A stretch of 64,000 nucleotides of DNA from Pavona decussata (lineage: Eukaryota). Positions 25,997 to 38,303 of this stretch are shown here, one piece after another. Under the pieces are notes generated by a model. The model was given only the letters and a program-made list of their open reading frames with translations. It searched no databases and was not told where the DNA came from. The translations under genes were made by a program, and so were the position numbers. The stretch covers positions 1,240,001 through 1,304,000 of the forward strand of contig CDRNST010000060.1 in assembly GCA_977016875.1 (NCBI GenBank), written 5' to 3'. Position 1 is the stretch's first letter; every line of letters begins with the position of its first letter.

Positions 25997-26138
25997 AGAT
26001 TGTTTTCACATGACGTCACGGCGGCCATGTTGGTGTCCCAAACTAAACCTCTGGGAATTGAACTCTATTTTTATGCAAATACTTTCTTTTGTTTCAGTAA
26101 ACCAATATGGCCGGTAGTCACGTGAATGAAAACACTCT
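25997..26138. mobile_element. MITE (AGATTGTTTTCAC...GTGAATGAAAACACTCT) present only in copy 1 of the duplication
   Basis: The empty site CCACCTATAGAGAG is at 27711-27724 in copy 2. The TSD is AT or TATA. Confidence 0.9.
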
Positions 26139-29100
26139 ATAGAGAGTGTTAGTTATTCACGTGGTGGAATGCACGTGAGAAGCCGTGTGAGCGAACAAGC
26201 ATTCACGAGGCACCCATTCAAGAAGAGAATTTTGTGGGATTAGTTTTATCGTCCATACACGCAAGCAACTGAGCTTAGGACTTTAATATATTGTACACAA
26301 AATGGTGAACTAACGTCAAGCTTGTGTGCTAAACCGTTTACCATGGTAAAATAAGTGAAACTGGTAACTCAGCCCTTGCTGTTTTGGTTACGTAACACAA
26401 GTGTCTCAGTAGTAGCATGAATGAAAGGGTAATTTTATTTCTTTTTTTTTCCATAACGCATAACGCATAATAATCTACAATATCATTCTAAGTTTCACTC
26501 AAGTCACTCTTAAAAAAATAATTACAAAAATCTTTTAGGCAACCAGTGCCTTTCTTGTTCCTAAAAGAACCTCAAATTATTCAAAACCTTTACAAACGAG
26601 TATTTCTGCATCCCTTAAAAATAAATAACGGCGGTAACCTGCCTGCCATACTGAATACACTGCATTACCGACCAAAGTTTGATTAGTTCATACTTACAAA
26701 TAATATTCAATTGTTCTGTTATAATGATCAATAATGATGATATGTGCTACAAAAAGTTAATAATATTTTGAACATCTTTCCGTTGATAGTTCTCTAGAAA
26801 CACTTGAATTCTAGTCGCGAAGATAAGGTTCTTGAACGTCACATATTGGTGGCTGTTCGCTTGTGGAGACCAACACGCCAGGTTGAATTCTCCTCCGGTT
26901 TCATCACCTTAACAAGTTCTCCCTCGGTTGAGAGGTTTTGCCCGTTGATCATCGCTGTATTCTCTGTATTGCTTCTTAGTGTCTCTTGAATGAGGGTGTC
27001 ATAGAGAATTTGAGCCATCTGCTTTGGTAGTTGATCCACCATCGAGGGACCTGTACGCTTTCGTATTCTTGTCATCCTTGATTTAGTTCTGTAGGTACTA
27101 AAACGTTGACTCCAGGTACAAAACAATCAGGTGTATCTCAAAAACTGAACCTTGTACCCTACTTTTTGCCGTTGTTCAAGCCTTTTTTTAAAGTTCTTTG
27201 AGCACAGGAGACGGACAAATCCTTGCGTAACGTACGCGTTCACGGCGTTTTCCGATGGAGGTTGTGAAATTCTTTATAATCGGTCTTCTTTGTGAAATCA
27301 TATCCTTTCACGAAGACAGCCAGCAGCAACTGAACACATTGTTTTCTTCCGCTCTTTTCTTTTGTCTGCCTTTTTAACAAAAGCTCAGATTGTGAGACCA
27401 ACAACTTTTCTGTTCATTGACTTGTTTAAGTCCTCTCATGACGCACAAAATAATCCTTAGTCATAAGTTTCAGGACAATATAAAAAATGAAAATTTCGAA
27501 AGTTTGGTTTCCTCTTGTTTAATGAAGAGTGGAGACCAAAATTAGCGCGAGAACTGGGGACGAAAATGGAAAAGGTGGTTTGCAACCAATCCCTGGAGAT
27601 CCAAAAAGACAACGGTATGGCGGCCATGTTGAATGACAAAACAAAAGGTTCTGTCATCCAACGTGCCTGCCACACCATTGTTTTTTGGATCTCGAGGGAT
27701 TGGTTGCAAACCACCTATAGAGAGTATTATTCACATGGTAGAGTGCACGTGAGATGGCGTGTGAGCGAACAGGCATTCACGAGGCACCCATTCAAGAAGA
27801 GAATTTTGTGGGATTAGCTTTGCCGTCCATACACGCAAGAAACTGAGCTTAGGACTTTAATATATTGTACACAAAATGGTGAACCAACGTCAAGCTTGTG
27901 TGCTAAACCGTTTACCATGGTAAAATAAGTGAAACTGGTATCTCAGCCCTTGCTGTTTTCGTTACGTAACACAAGTGTCTCAGTAGTAGCATAAATATTT
28001 AAGTCTCAGGATAATTTTATTTCTTTTTTTCCATAACGTATAATAATAATAATCGACAATATCATTCTAAGTTTCACTCAAGTCACTCTTAAAAAAATAA
28101 TTACAAAAATCTTTTAGGCAACCAGTGCCTTTCTTGTTCCTAAAAGTACCTCAAATTATTCAAAACCTTTACAAAAGAGTATTTCTGCATCCCTTAAAAA
28201 TAAATAACGGCGGTAACCTGCCAGCCATAATACACTGCATTACTGACCAAAGTTTGATTAGTTCATACTTACAAATAATATTCAGTTGTTCTGTTATAAT
28301 GATCATTTCATTTCAATAAACCACTGCGATAATATTTGCTACAAAAAGTCAATAATATTTTGAACATCTTTCCGTTGATAGTTCTCTAGAAACACTTGAA
28401 TTCTAGTCGCGAAGATAAGGTTTTGAACGTCACATATTGGTGGCTGTTCGCTTGTGGAGACCAACACGCCAGGTTGAATTCTCCTCCGGTTTCATCACCT
28501 TCACAAGTTCTCCCTCGGTTGAGCGGTTTTGCCCGTTGATCATCGCTGTATTCTCTGTACTGCTTCTTAGTGTCTCTTGAATGAGGGTGTCATAAAGAAT
28601 TTGAGCCATCTGCTTTGGTAGTTGATCCACCATCGAGGGACCTGTACGCTTTCGTATTCTTGTCATCCTTGATTAGTTATGTAGGTACTAAAACGTTGAC
28701 TCCAGGTACAAAACAATCAGGTGTATCTCGAAAACTGAGCCTTGTTCCCTACTTTTTCCCGTTCTTCAAGCCTTTTTTTAAAGTTCTTTGAGCACGGGAG
28801 ACGGACAAATCCTTGCGTAACGGACGCGTTCACGGCGTTTTCCGATTGAAGTTGTAAAATTCTTTATAATCGGTCTTCTTTGTAAAATCATATCCTTTCA
28901 CGAAGACAGCCAGCAGCAACTGAACACATTGTTTTCTTCTGCTTTTTTCTTTTGTCTGCCTTTTTAACAAAAGCTCAGATTTTGAGACAAACAACTTTTC
29001 TGTTCATTGACTTGTTTAAGTCCTCTCATGACGCACAAAATAATCCTTAGTCATAAGTTTCAGGGCAATATAAAGGAAGAAATTTCGAAAGTTTGGTTTC

Positions 29101-29580
29101 CTCTTGTTTAAAGAACAATCTAAACTTAAATCTTGTCTGCTGTCTGTTTTATACACAACTGTACATTGCACTCAACAAACAAAGTCATTCTTCACGAGCA
29201 GAAATTTGAATAAGAAAAGTCTGGTAAAACACAGGTCAAACAATACGGTGTTACTTTTATCACGGGAAATACACATGCTTGATAATCTCATATACCCCTG
29301 GGAAATATCTCTAAAAAGACCTGGAATAATTTTGTTATGCAATTTATTTTGTGTTCCATCTCAAAGTTGTTTTACTCGTGTAAGATCACGCGTGAATGTT
29401 ATGAAATACTTTTGCTTTGTGACTCAAACTTTAGCCATAAAATGTGGCCCTTCGGACTGGTTAAGTAACCAATCAGAATATTCCTTTTCATCTTGGATAT
29501 TCACGTCATTTTAGTTGGATGAAATTTTGGATTCTCTCGTGGTTTCCTTGGGCTCCAGTTTCTAATGAAATTTTCAATGC

Positions 29581-30132
29581 CTGATAACCGTTGAGACAGC
29601 AAGTAAGAAATGCTTTGAAAATTACGAGAATTTGTTCAGTGTTGGCGTTTTGTAATATTACTCATTTCGGTAAAGATATTCTTATATTAATCTTTTGCGG
29701 CAGTCACAAACATACACAAAGGTAATCCTGAGAGAAGCTGTTTGACGTCAGAAATGCACGAAACTTTTCTCGATTGAGCGAACTCAGTTGTACTGGGTCA
29801 CTATACTGATCTCGATAACACGTGAAAAAAATCTACAATTTTGATAAAGCACTGATAGCGTTGAGACAGCAAGTAAGAAATGCTTTGAAAATTTCAAGAA
29901 CTGTGCAGTGTTGGCGTTTTTTAATATTACTCATTTCGGTAAAGATATCTAAAATCTTTCGCGGCAGCCACAAACATGCACAAAGGTAATCCTGAGAGAA
30001 GCTGTTTGACGTCAGAAATGCACGGAGCTTTCTCGATTGAGCGAACCGTCAGTTATACTAGCACCCTTTGTACTGACTCACTATACTGACCTCGATAACA
30101 CGTGAAAAAAATCTACAATTTTGATAAAGCAC
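29581..30132 (+). repeat. Two-copy tandem duplication, ~271-281 bp unit
   Basis: CTGATA.CGTTGAGACAGCAAGTAAGAAATGCTTTG starts at 29581 and 29852. Both copies end TTGATAAAGCAC. Confidence 0.95.
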
Positions 30133-31404
30133 CTTCCACGTAAAGAAAAAGAGAAATTTATATTTTTATTTTCAAAATTTCTTGTCAATACAGCCCGGAG
30201 AATACGCCTTATGTGCAAAGGTTTTCCAGCTTGCTCACAACCTCTCTGTCTGCCGTTATATTAACCAGTCACGAAAATAAATAAAGTTTGCACTAAAAGC
30301 CTTTCAGTTTTTGCGGCCAGTCCACCTTCCTGGATTTGAAAGAAGTGCCAATCCTATCATATTAGATGCAGGGTTTCTAAAGTACCCGACGCCCAACGGA
30401 TTTCACCGGCTACTTTTACCCTTTGTGCTGGGTACTTTTTCACCGCCGAAGTACGAGTCCATGTCAACGACGTAGCTGTTTATGAACGTGGATATTTTTG
30501 TCCCAGATTTTAATCCTAATTCTGAATAGATCGTTGCGTACATGGCACTGAAATAGTTAAAATGTCACTCTCAGCGAAGACCAGTGTTCACTTGTCAAAG
30601 AACAGTGAACAAGACAAGAGCTTGAAATTATTTAATTAGCGAAGAATGAATTTTCGAAGTTCACATTTCGTTTCGTGACCCAACTTCAAAAGAACAGAAC
30701 TTTTTATTATTGCAGAGTCATTGCTTAAATCATTTTATTAGCTGTGACTGTTACAGTAATGTTATTTTAATTCAAAATAGTCTTGGTTTAAAATTGTAAT
30801 TTTGTTTGGTTTACAGTACTTTAACAAAAAACTGTTCTGTCATTTATTTCAGTCGGACTTATAATTACAATATAATGATAATTTTCGGACCATTATAAAC
30901 TTTGGGCAATAAAACCTTCGGACGATTTCTGGGCACATTTCGGGTGGTTTTTTCTGGACTTTTTGGACCTAACACTCTTCCCGGCGAGACGGTACAAGTG
31001 TAAAACTGAATAATGTTGAATTTGTTAGACTCAGTTCAGTTTAGACAGTTCTGCCGGAACGCGACCAACTCAGCCCACGACATACTTTGAGGCAAAACAG
31101 AAGAATCTAAGTCATTCCGTTGGAGAAGACTCATTGCAGTTCAGCTTGCTATCGATGTGTTCAACAGATACGACTGTGTGGTCCTGGTTGAACAAAAAAA
31201 TAAATGACATAAATCATCAAAGATGAATTGTGCGCAGTGACCAAAGGAGGTTAAGCTTTCGAGTTGGCTGGCGTATAATGTGCAACTAGCTAAGTAGCAA
31301 AATTTTAGACCCAGCAAATGCAAAAGTGGCAGCTCCGTAATTATTCCGTATCCTCGGCCTTATCATTAAGCCTGTAGCCTTCCATTTACTGGTTGTATGC
31401 TTTA

Positions 31405-31687
31405 ATCATTGAGATACTGGGAGACTTCTGGCGATATAGATCATTTACTTAGTTCATTTGACACGCGTTCCGTACTGCTAGCAAAGTCATGTGGAATGGC
31501 TAGTCGTCTTTACTGATAGGCACAAAAAAAGATGGGGAATTATAAGCTAGTTGGTGAAACAGGAAGAAGCGATGTTCAGCATTTCGCGAGCATGAAACAG
31601 TAAAACTTTGAGTCTCCAACGGGAGACGAGCCCAGGACCTTTTGGATCCTGGTCGGATGCTCTTATCACTGAGCTACTGGGAGACCT
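31405..31687 (-). repeat. Degenerate tRNA-like repeat with terminal redundancy (~260-bp unit)
   Basis: CA(C/T)TGAG(C/A)TACTGGGAGAC occurs at ~31407 and ~31668. GGATGCTCT..CACTGAGCTA is the antisense A-box region. Confidence 0.55.
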
Positions 31688-31944
31688 GGACCCAGTTGTT
31701 CAAAGCCCGATTAAGCTAATCCTGGATTAATGTGAACTTTGATTCGAGTTTAATTACTAATCAATAAGGATGCTTCTAAAAGAAAATTTAACCAGGAAAA
31801 GAAATTTAGCCAATTACCCGACTCTTAAAAACTGGAATGCATCACCAATTATCTTTAGATTAACCTAAAGGTGAGCTCATACTGGAGTTCATGTAGCTGG
31901 TAAACGTCGCTCCCTGTTACACGATATTGTGTCGACAAAATCGT

Positions 31945-32395
31945 AGTGTGACCATTCGTATCAAAGATTTTTCCTGTGATACTGTTTATTATGCTGGACG
32001 CGTTTGTTGAGTCTATTTTCAAGTCTGAATACAATCCTAAAGTGTGACCATTCAAAGAACTCTACTGAGCAGTCGTTTTCCAGTGCTGTCGTTTGCTATG
32101 CTGTACAAGGCGGTTCTAACTTTTGACTGTGTGGACGAAATCCCAAAGTGTAGCCATTCAAGTGAAAGCTACAGGCTGATATGTACTTTTCTGTGGTGCT
32201 GTTTAATATTATGCTGTGCTAGGTGGTTCGAACTTTTGAGTCTGTGAATAAAATCCTAAAGTGTAGCCATTCAAATGAAAGCTACTGAGCATTACTTTTC
32301 AGTGGCGCTGTTTGTTATGCTGTAGAACCTGGTTTCAGCTTTGTAGAAAACTCTGAGTGTGGCTTTTCAAAGAAGTGACAGCTACTGAACAGCTC
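31945..32395 (-). repeat. Array of about 4 degenerate 105-bp repeat units (opposite orientation)
   Basis: AATCCTAAAGTGTGACCATTC, GTTCTAACTTTTGACTGTGTGGACGAAATCC and similar motifs. Confidence 0.9.
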
Positions 32396-32482
32396 CGCAC
32401 TTTTGCCTGAAATTTGAATGTCTAGAATGTATCAATGATCGGCATTCAAATTGTAGCAGTAAGCAGGAAGTTGTCAGATGAT

Positions 32483-32630
32483 CCTAGTTTAATGGTCTAG
32501 CTCCTACGAGGCTCCTGTAGCTCAGTGGTAGAGCACCAAAGGTAGTTATCGTGAGGTCATAGGTTCGAAACGCGTTAGAAAAACTCGGATTTTTTTTTTC
32601 CGAGTATGCCTGTGTCACTGACTGAAAAGT
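32483..32630 (+). repeat. tRNA-like repeat copy (degenerate)
   Basis: CCTAGTTTAATGG...CTCCTGTAGCTCAGTGGTAGAGCA...GGTTCGAA...ACTCGGATTTTTTTTTCCGAGTATGCCTGTGTCAC. Other copies at ~44525-44697(-), 50175-50328(+), 53488-53870 and 54826-54928(+). Confidence 0.85.
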
Positions 32631-32805
32631 TCATCTATCAAGATTTCTAACGTTACAACGTTTGAATCTCTGGATAAAATCGTCAAGTGCAGTAAGCAGT
32701 ACTTTCCAGTGCTGGTGTTTGTCAGTTCCAACTTTTTTGTACTAACCATATTAGGAGTGATGACTTAATGCACCTGTGAAACTACTTGTATAGATATTGA
32801 TATAT

Positions 32806-33010
32806 GGGGAGCAGGGTTGGCGCAGTGGTAGAGCACTCGCTTTCCACCGATGTGGCCCGGGTTCGATTCCCGGCGTCATAAGTGGGCTGAGTTTATTGGT
32901 TCTCTTTTCTGCTCCGAGAGGTTTTTCTCCGGGTACTCCGGTTTTCCCCTCTCCTCCTGAAAAACTAACATTTGATTTGATTTGACTTGTGTTGTGTTGA
33001 GTTGAGTTGA
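32806..33010 (+). mobile_element. tRNA-headed SINE with a V-domain-like core
   Basis: Head GGGGAGCAGGGTTGGCGCAGTGGTAGAGCAC...GGTTCGATTCC, core TTCTCCGGGTACTCCGGTTTTCCCC, and a (TTTGA)n-like tail. Confidence 0.85.
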
Positions 33011-33109
33011 TTCCTATTGCTTTAATTTAAAAGGGGATACCCTCGATAGGGATAACCTCCGGTATCTCCTGTTCATGGTATCGATGTTTACATTGATCAG
33101 ATTGAATAA

Positions 33110-33110
<1 letters not shown>

Positions 33111-33194
<84 letters not shown>
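33111..33194. repeat. (TTA)n microsatellite
   Basis: About 28 perfect units. Source of the poly-N ORF 33014..33199. Confidence 0.99.
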
Positions 33195-33196
<2 letters not shown>

Positions 33197-33996
33197 CATT
33201 TATGATGTATCATAGTCTACTTCCTTTTTATTAGAACTTTACTTCGCACCACACAGATTTCAATCTGATGTCGGACTTTTATTTCATTTTAATCCCACTC
33301 TGGAGACACGCATAGCCACCTTAAACGTGATAAACCTATAGCGATTGAAATAAATTACTCAAATATAAAAGGTATAGCAGCGTACGCGATTTTTTTTTTT
33401 TTTTTTTTTTTTTTGACTAAACGTTCCGTCTGTCATTTAATATTTGATCTTTTTTTGTACTCCTAATTCCACGGCGACGAGTTTTTAGGCCCCTTAATCT
33501 TGTACGTGTTAATTGTCACACCACGTCAATAATAGTTTACTTTTGGATTAACTGAAGGAATACGGTGCTTGCTTTTCCCTCATTTGTGAACTTTGTGGGC
33601 GAAACATCTTGTTTTTTAACGTCTTTTTAGGTGTATAGATTTCCCTTTGACTCTTCTTTTTGTGTAACGTTTTTATGAAAATAAAACAGTAATGAATAAT
33701 TTGAAAAAACTCTTAACTTGGACAACGTTTTGGTTCTGCTCACATTTCCTAGCTACAAGTTGTTTTTATTTCAACGGTGCAATGATTTTCCTCGTTCTCT
33801 AAACCGTTAGAGCTCTTAACTTCAGAATGATGGTCTTTTACACTCTTGTCCTCTTTTTGTTCTGTTGGGAACCTCCTATCTATCGTTCTTTTTCATTGCT
33901 GCTAGTCGAAATTGCCTTATCACCTCCGCTCTGATTCCATTAAGCCCTTGCCGGGTGCGAGAGAAAAAGTCAATTTTAACCAACCAACCAGCGTTG

Positions 33997-34599
33997 CTAA
34001 ATTATAGTTGATGGTCTTCTGTGTATCGTAACCTTCCACTGCTGTTGTGATCGTCGTTGCGTTTCTGACATCGTTCTTCTGATTACTACATGATTCTTGG
34101 CTTGTCTTGTCGCATCACCGCTTGTACACGACGACGACTTTCGCAAGCCTCTGTCAGCGACCTTAGCCTCGCTGAAAGTTGGAAAACTCTGCGCCCATTG
34201 TCCCGGGATCGAAGTTGCTCGTGGCTTATACAGCGGCTCCTTTATCGAAGATGTACATTCAGGTATTACTGTTTCGGTTTTAGAAGTTGTAGTCGAGTGA
34301 CGTTTTTGCGTTGTGTGTCTAGGGTTCCAGATACTCGGTAACGACTTGCATCGCGCCGTTGGCTGGCCATTAAACGAGAAAAACTTCCTTCTCTCGGCAA
34401 GCTCGTGCTCCAGTCTCTGATATGTCCGAAATGGATTCGGTTTCTCGTCGTCGATCGGAGACTCAAGCTCTCTTCTCAACTTTGCCTCTTGTAAGTAAAT
34501 AGAATACAGTTCTTTCTTTGTTTGAAACGAGTCTTCGCTCGTCTTTTGTTCACTGAACAAGGTGTTTCGTCCGTGTTCACTGTCCGAAGACGTGAACAT
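33997..34599 (-). CDS. Orphan gene C: uninterrupted ORF, ~200 aa; short N-terminal helix and an Arg/Ser/Thr-rich tail with many RxxS motifs
   Basis: Open frame of 200 codons from ATG 34599, GC-elevated. Helix KKELYSIYLQEAKLRRELES, and motifs RCKSLP, RATSIP, RKSSS, RRTMS, RRPST. Confidence 0.7.
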   Translation of the reverse strand: MFTSSDSEHGRNTLFSEQKTSEDSFQTKKELYSIYLQEAKLRRELESPIDDEKPNPFRTYQRLEHELAERRKFFSFNGQPTARCKSLPSIWNPRHTTQKRHSTTTSKTETVIPECTSSIKEPLYKPRATSIPGQWAQSFPTFSEAKVADRGLRKSSSCTSGDATRQAKNHVVIRRTMSETQRRSQQQWKVTIHRRPSTII

Positions 34600-35494
34600 A
34601 TTCGAAATTATCGTGCGCCAAATCAAAGGCCTTCTAGCTCCGACCACAAATTAGGTGGTTTATCATGAGATAGTCTTCGATATTGCCTTGTTGGATTTGT
34701 TGTGGGACGCACTTTGCAGTCATTATAACTCTGCTCGATTTATTACCAAGGTAAACAACATGTACCACGTGTCCAATTAGGCGTTCGTCAAGGCTGCATA
34801 ACAATGACTAAGTAAAGTGGTGCTAAGAATGTTCAATTGTCTGAAGTACTTTACCTTCCAGAAACGACAATACACGGGCCATTTCTTTAAACAATGGAAA
34901 CGGTATGGCCTCGATAACGATCATTTTATGAGCGCTATGCTAAGTTAAAAATGTCTCATTTGATTTTGGAAGATCACAAAAAAATAAGCTTCAGTTCGGG
35001 AAAAAACGTTCGGTAAACATGTATTAGTCAAACTTAAAAAAGGAATGTTTGCGAAGGGATGCTTATTACATGGAAACCTTCCCTTAATCCTGGCTTTGTT
35101 TGCGCTGTACGATGCTTTTGCATGGATACTGATCGAAAAATAATCTTCTTCAGCTAATGAGTGTAAGCTTCGAATTGTGCGTTTTTCTTTTGTTTGACGT
35201 AATTAAAAAATTTTTCCGATGCAAGAAGCTGTCGCAGCTTTTTTAAGGACAAATGAGTTTGCCCAACAGTGTGGCTTTTTATTCTAAGCGAATTCAAGGG
35301 ATTCCACTCCCAATATCGCTTTAAATAAAACTGAAGAAGACACCCGTTTGCAAACTGAGTGCATTCAGTTTATAGACTCGGTATGGGCTCCTTGTTCTTA
35401 AGGTTTGACCAAACTGTACCTTTTAAAATAACTTCATTAATTAGTGTAGCTGTATTATTATTGTATCTAGGTAGCATAATAGCTACTTTGCCAT

Positions 35495-35508
35495 CATGAT
35501 CGTCATCG

Positions 35509-35545
<37 letters not shown>
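35495..35545. repeat. (CAT)n microsatellite
   Basis: Direct reading of the sequence. Confidence 0.95.
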
Positions 35546-36211
35546 TGTACAGTCCTAATTCCTTCTATACGGACACTATACTGTTGGCAAAGCTGCACGA
35601 CTATCCATTTTACAGAGGGGCCTGTTTATAGGTAGAGTTATGATAAACTTTATAGGTCAGATATGCCTGCCTCTCTGAAGGGTAGGAGTTTTGAGCCGCT
35701 CAGACCTGATCCTATTGAAGAGTGCTCAGGTATGGACAGAAGCTGAACAAAGTTCCTTCTAATTTATTGTCTAAGGTACAAACAAAAATAAATGTCTTCC
35801 CCAAGCAAAACCCACCTATGTAATGAAAATGAAGTAAAGGATCCCAGCATAAAGCGAGGCCTCCGTAGAGTTCCTAACTAATGACACCGTCCCATCCCAC
35901 ACCCTCCCCCCCCCCCCCCATCCAAAACAGATCAGTCTGCGTCCAGTAGTACTAAAATCGTGTGTTCTTTTTCACTTTTATCACCGCGATTTAAGATTGA
36001 TTTTTGGCTGTACAAATGTGCTGCCGACCCTTCAACAGGAACGATTCATACTACAAGGCTAATAAATCCAAAGTAACGAAATTATTTGTCTCTAAGTTTG
36101 TGCTACTGAATCGTCCAAGCAAGTGCGGTCAAAAAACAAGCTTGTACTGTGTAGGCAGTAGTTCTTGTAGAAAAAGGAATTGTAAAGTAAACTAGCAGAA
36201 GATGAATGAAT

Positions 36212-36470
36212 GGGCAGCAGGGATGTCGCGATAGTGAGAACACTCGCCTCCCACCAATGTGGCCCGTTTTCCAGTCCCGGATTCTGCGTCATATGTGGGT
36301 TGAGTTTGTTGTTGGTTCTCGTCCTTGCTCCGAGAGGTTTTTCTCCGGGTTCTCCGGTTTTCCCTTCTCCACAGAAAGCAACATTTCCAAATTCCATTTC
36401 GATCCGGATTGCGTCCCCTGATCATGGAATTATGCGCTATACAAATTTACAAATTTATCTATTTATTATT
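36212..36470 (+). mobile_element. tRNA-headed SINE with a V-domain-like core (second copy)
   Basis: GGGCAGCAGGGATG..GC...GTGAGAACACTCGCCTCCCACCAATGTGGCCCG...TTCTCCGGGTTCTCCGGTTTTCCC with an AT-rich tail. Confidence 0.85.
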
Positions 36471-38303
36471 ATGAATCTTGAGAACGTTTGCATTTAAAAG
36501 AATGTTGTAAATGAATGTTTTAAATTCCTAAAACTCATGATTTTGGTGCATTAAAACAAAAGTTTTAATCGGCATTAATCTAAATGCGGGGAGGGTTTAA
36601 ACTTAGGGTTAAACAGTTTTTCTCGTCTAAAATAAGTATAAAAATTTACTAAATCGTCTATAATTGGAATACCTGAATTTTGCTTCATTAGGGAGGAAAG
36701 GTAATCTTTACAGCCTACAGGAAAATACAGTGATTTTGCCCATGATACTGAAACAACGATTTTTTAAAGTGAATCTCGAAGTGTTTAAATTTCAAATACA
36801 AGAATTCCAGAGCGTGAACTCAAAAAGACTTGAGTACAACTTTTCACACTGAATTGCCGCAGTAATATGGGTTCAACTCAATATTATTCTTCGTGCGTGC
36901 ACTGGAAGGTTTTGGAAAATAAAAAAAGGAAGAAAGGAAGTCGGAGAAGGATTTTAAAGGTTAAAAATGAATAATGTCCTTTGATACAACTGAGCGTTTT
37001 CTTTGATCACAACAAAAGGATTTTTGCATTGAGTGGAAAGACACAATGTTGTTTCTTATGTCTAGACTAAAAATCTCAAATTGCTTGCATTTCAGAACTG
37101 GATCCTTTGTAAATTTTGTGGTGGTGTGAATATTTTAGTTTGTAAAAAGTTTGCGCCATGCACCAGTGTTATTTTTCACTTTGATAATTTTTTCTCTTCA
37201 GAAGAAGCACTGGACCCTCGTAGGGAAAAAATCGGGAGATAACATGCAGTAAAGAAAAACTGGGGAAACGTAGTGAATTAATTTCATGATAGTGAGATTA
37301 AGTGGAATAACTGCGCTTCAACCACGAGGTGAAATGCTTATTGACTGATGAAAGGTTGGAGTTGCTCTACAGAGTGCTTTATTTTTCTTAGACGGACCTG
37401 AGCTAATAACTCAAATTAGTTGCTTTTCCGGTGGTCCTCATCAGAAGATGGTGTCGACTGGCTGTCTATCAATATAATAAGTACATAAGGAGCACCATGG
37501 TTGATTGTGATTAGCGCATTCTCAATCCTCGCTATGGTTGTTAGTGATTAGAGGATTTGGATGTCAAAAACAGTTTCTGTTATAGAGGTTCGGTGCTGTG
37601 GAATAGTCTGCCTGTTGAGCTGCGGCAAGCGCGAACTCTCTCCTTCAAATCCGGCTGCAGTGATTTCTTTCAGAAGTATGAACGTTAATCCTTAGCATAT
37701 TGCATGCCATTCATGGAAAGCAGGCACCTTTGATTATTTTCATGATTTCTTCTTTATAACTGGAGCTCCATAGGTTCGTTATTACTATTAGTGATGATAT
37801 TTTTTACCGTGGATAAAAAAAGTTATTGCTGTTGCTGTTGGATCCTCGGGAAAATGACTAAACTAGTCTAGTTACAATAAAGGGTTCGATGTTAACTAGG
37901 ATAACGAATTAACTAAAACAACGAGATTGCAATATAAAATAATTGATATAAAAACTGTAAAACAATTAATTCCATTTTGATTTGAAGATCTCTTTTCTCT
38001 TCTGGAACATAAAATGAGTATGTTTAGCCACTATTTTAGAAGTATTTCATTATCAAGGTTAAGTAAATACCTAAGTTTGTCTTCATCATAAGAAGAGATT
38101 TTAAATCGCACTTCACGGCAAAATTCAATCCTAAGACGTTCCGAAAATGCTTTAAAGAAAACTGACGACTTTTCGATGTTACTTCACGTCATTAACAAAG
38201 TCAAAAGTAGGAATGGCTTTCTATAACTTCAGTTGTTAAGCTGTTGCCGGCCTTGACCTTCTGATTACTGTGCCAAGGAAGGGGATTAAGCTCTCCTGTT
38301 CAA

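Larger units (their letters stand above)
25780..29111 (+). repeat. Recent tandem duplication: copy 1 25780-27524, copy 2 27525-29111
   Basis: Both copies start AAGAGTGGAGACCAAAATTAGCGCGAGA and end TTTGGTTTCCTCTTGTTTAA, and are highly similar throughout. The ORF fragment MTRIRKRTGPSMVDQLPKQ... occurs twice. Confidence 0.97.

Noticed and set aside
27100-27275. In-frame TGA in FLRYT*LFC as a possible selenocysteine UxxC motif
   Set aside because: The frame is closed by TAA about 48 codons upstream with no ATG, copy 2 has a downstream frameshift, and no SECIS was recognised.
33014-33199. Poly-Asn ORF, and poly-Tyr in 62864..63166
   Set aside because: Microsatellite translations.
36092-36497. 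Several overlapping ORFs (also 32797..32985)
   Set aside because: They coincide with SINE copies.
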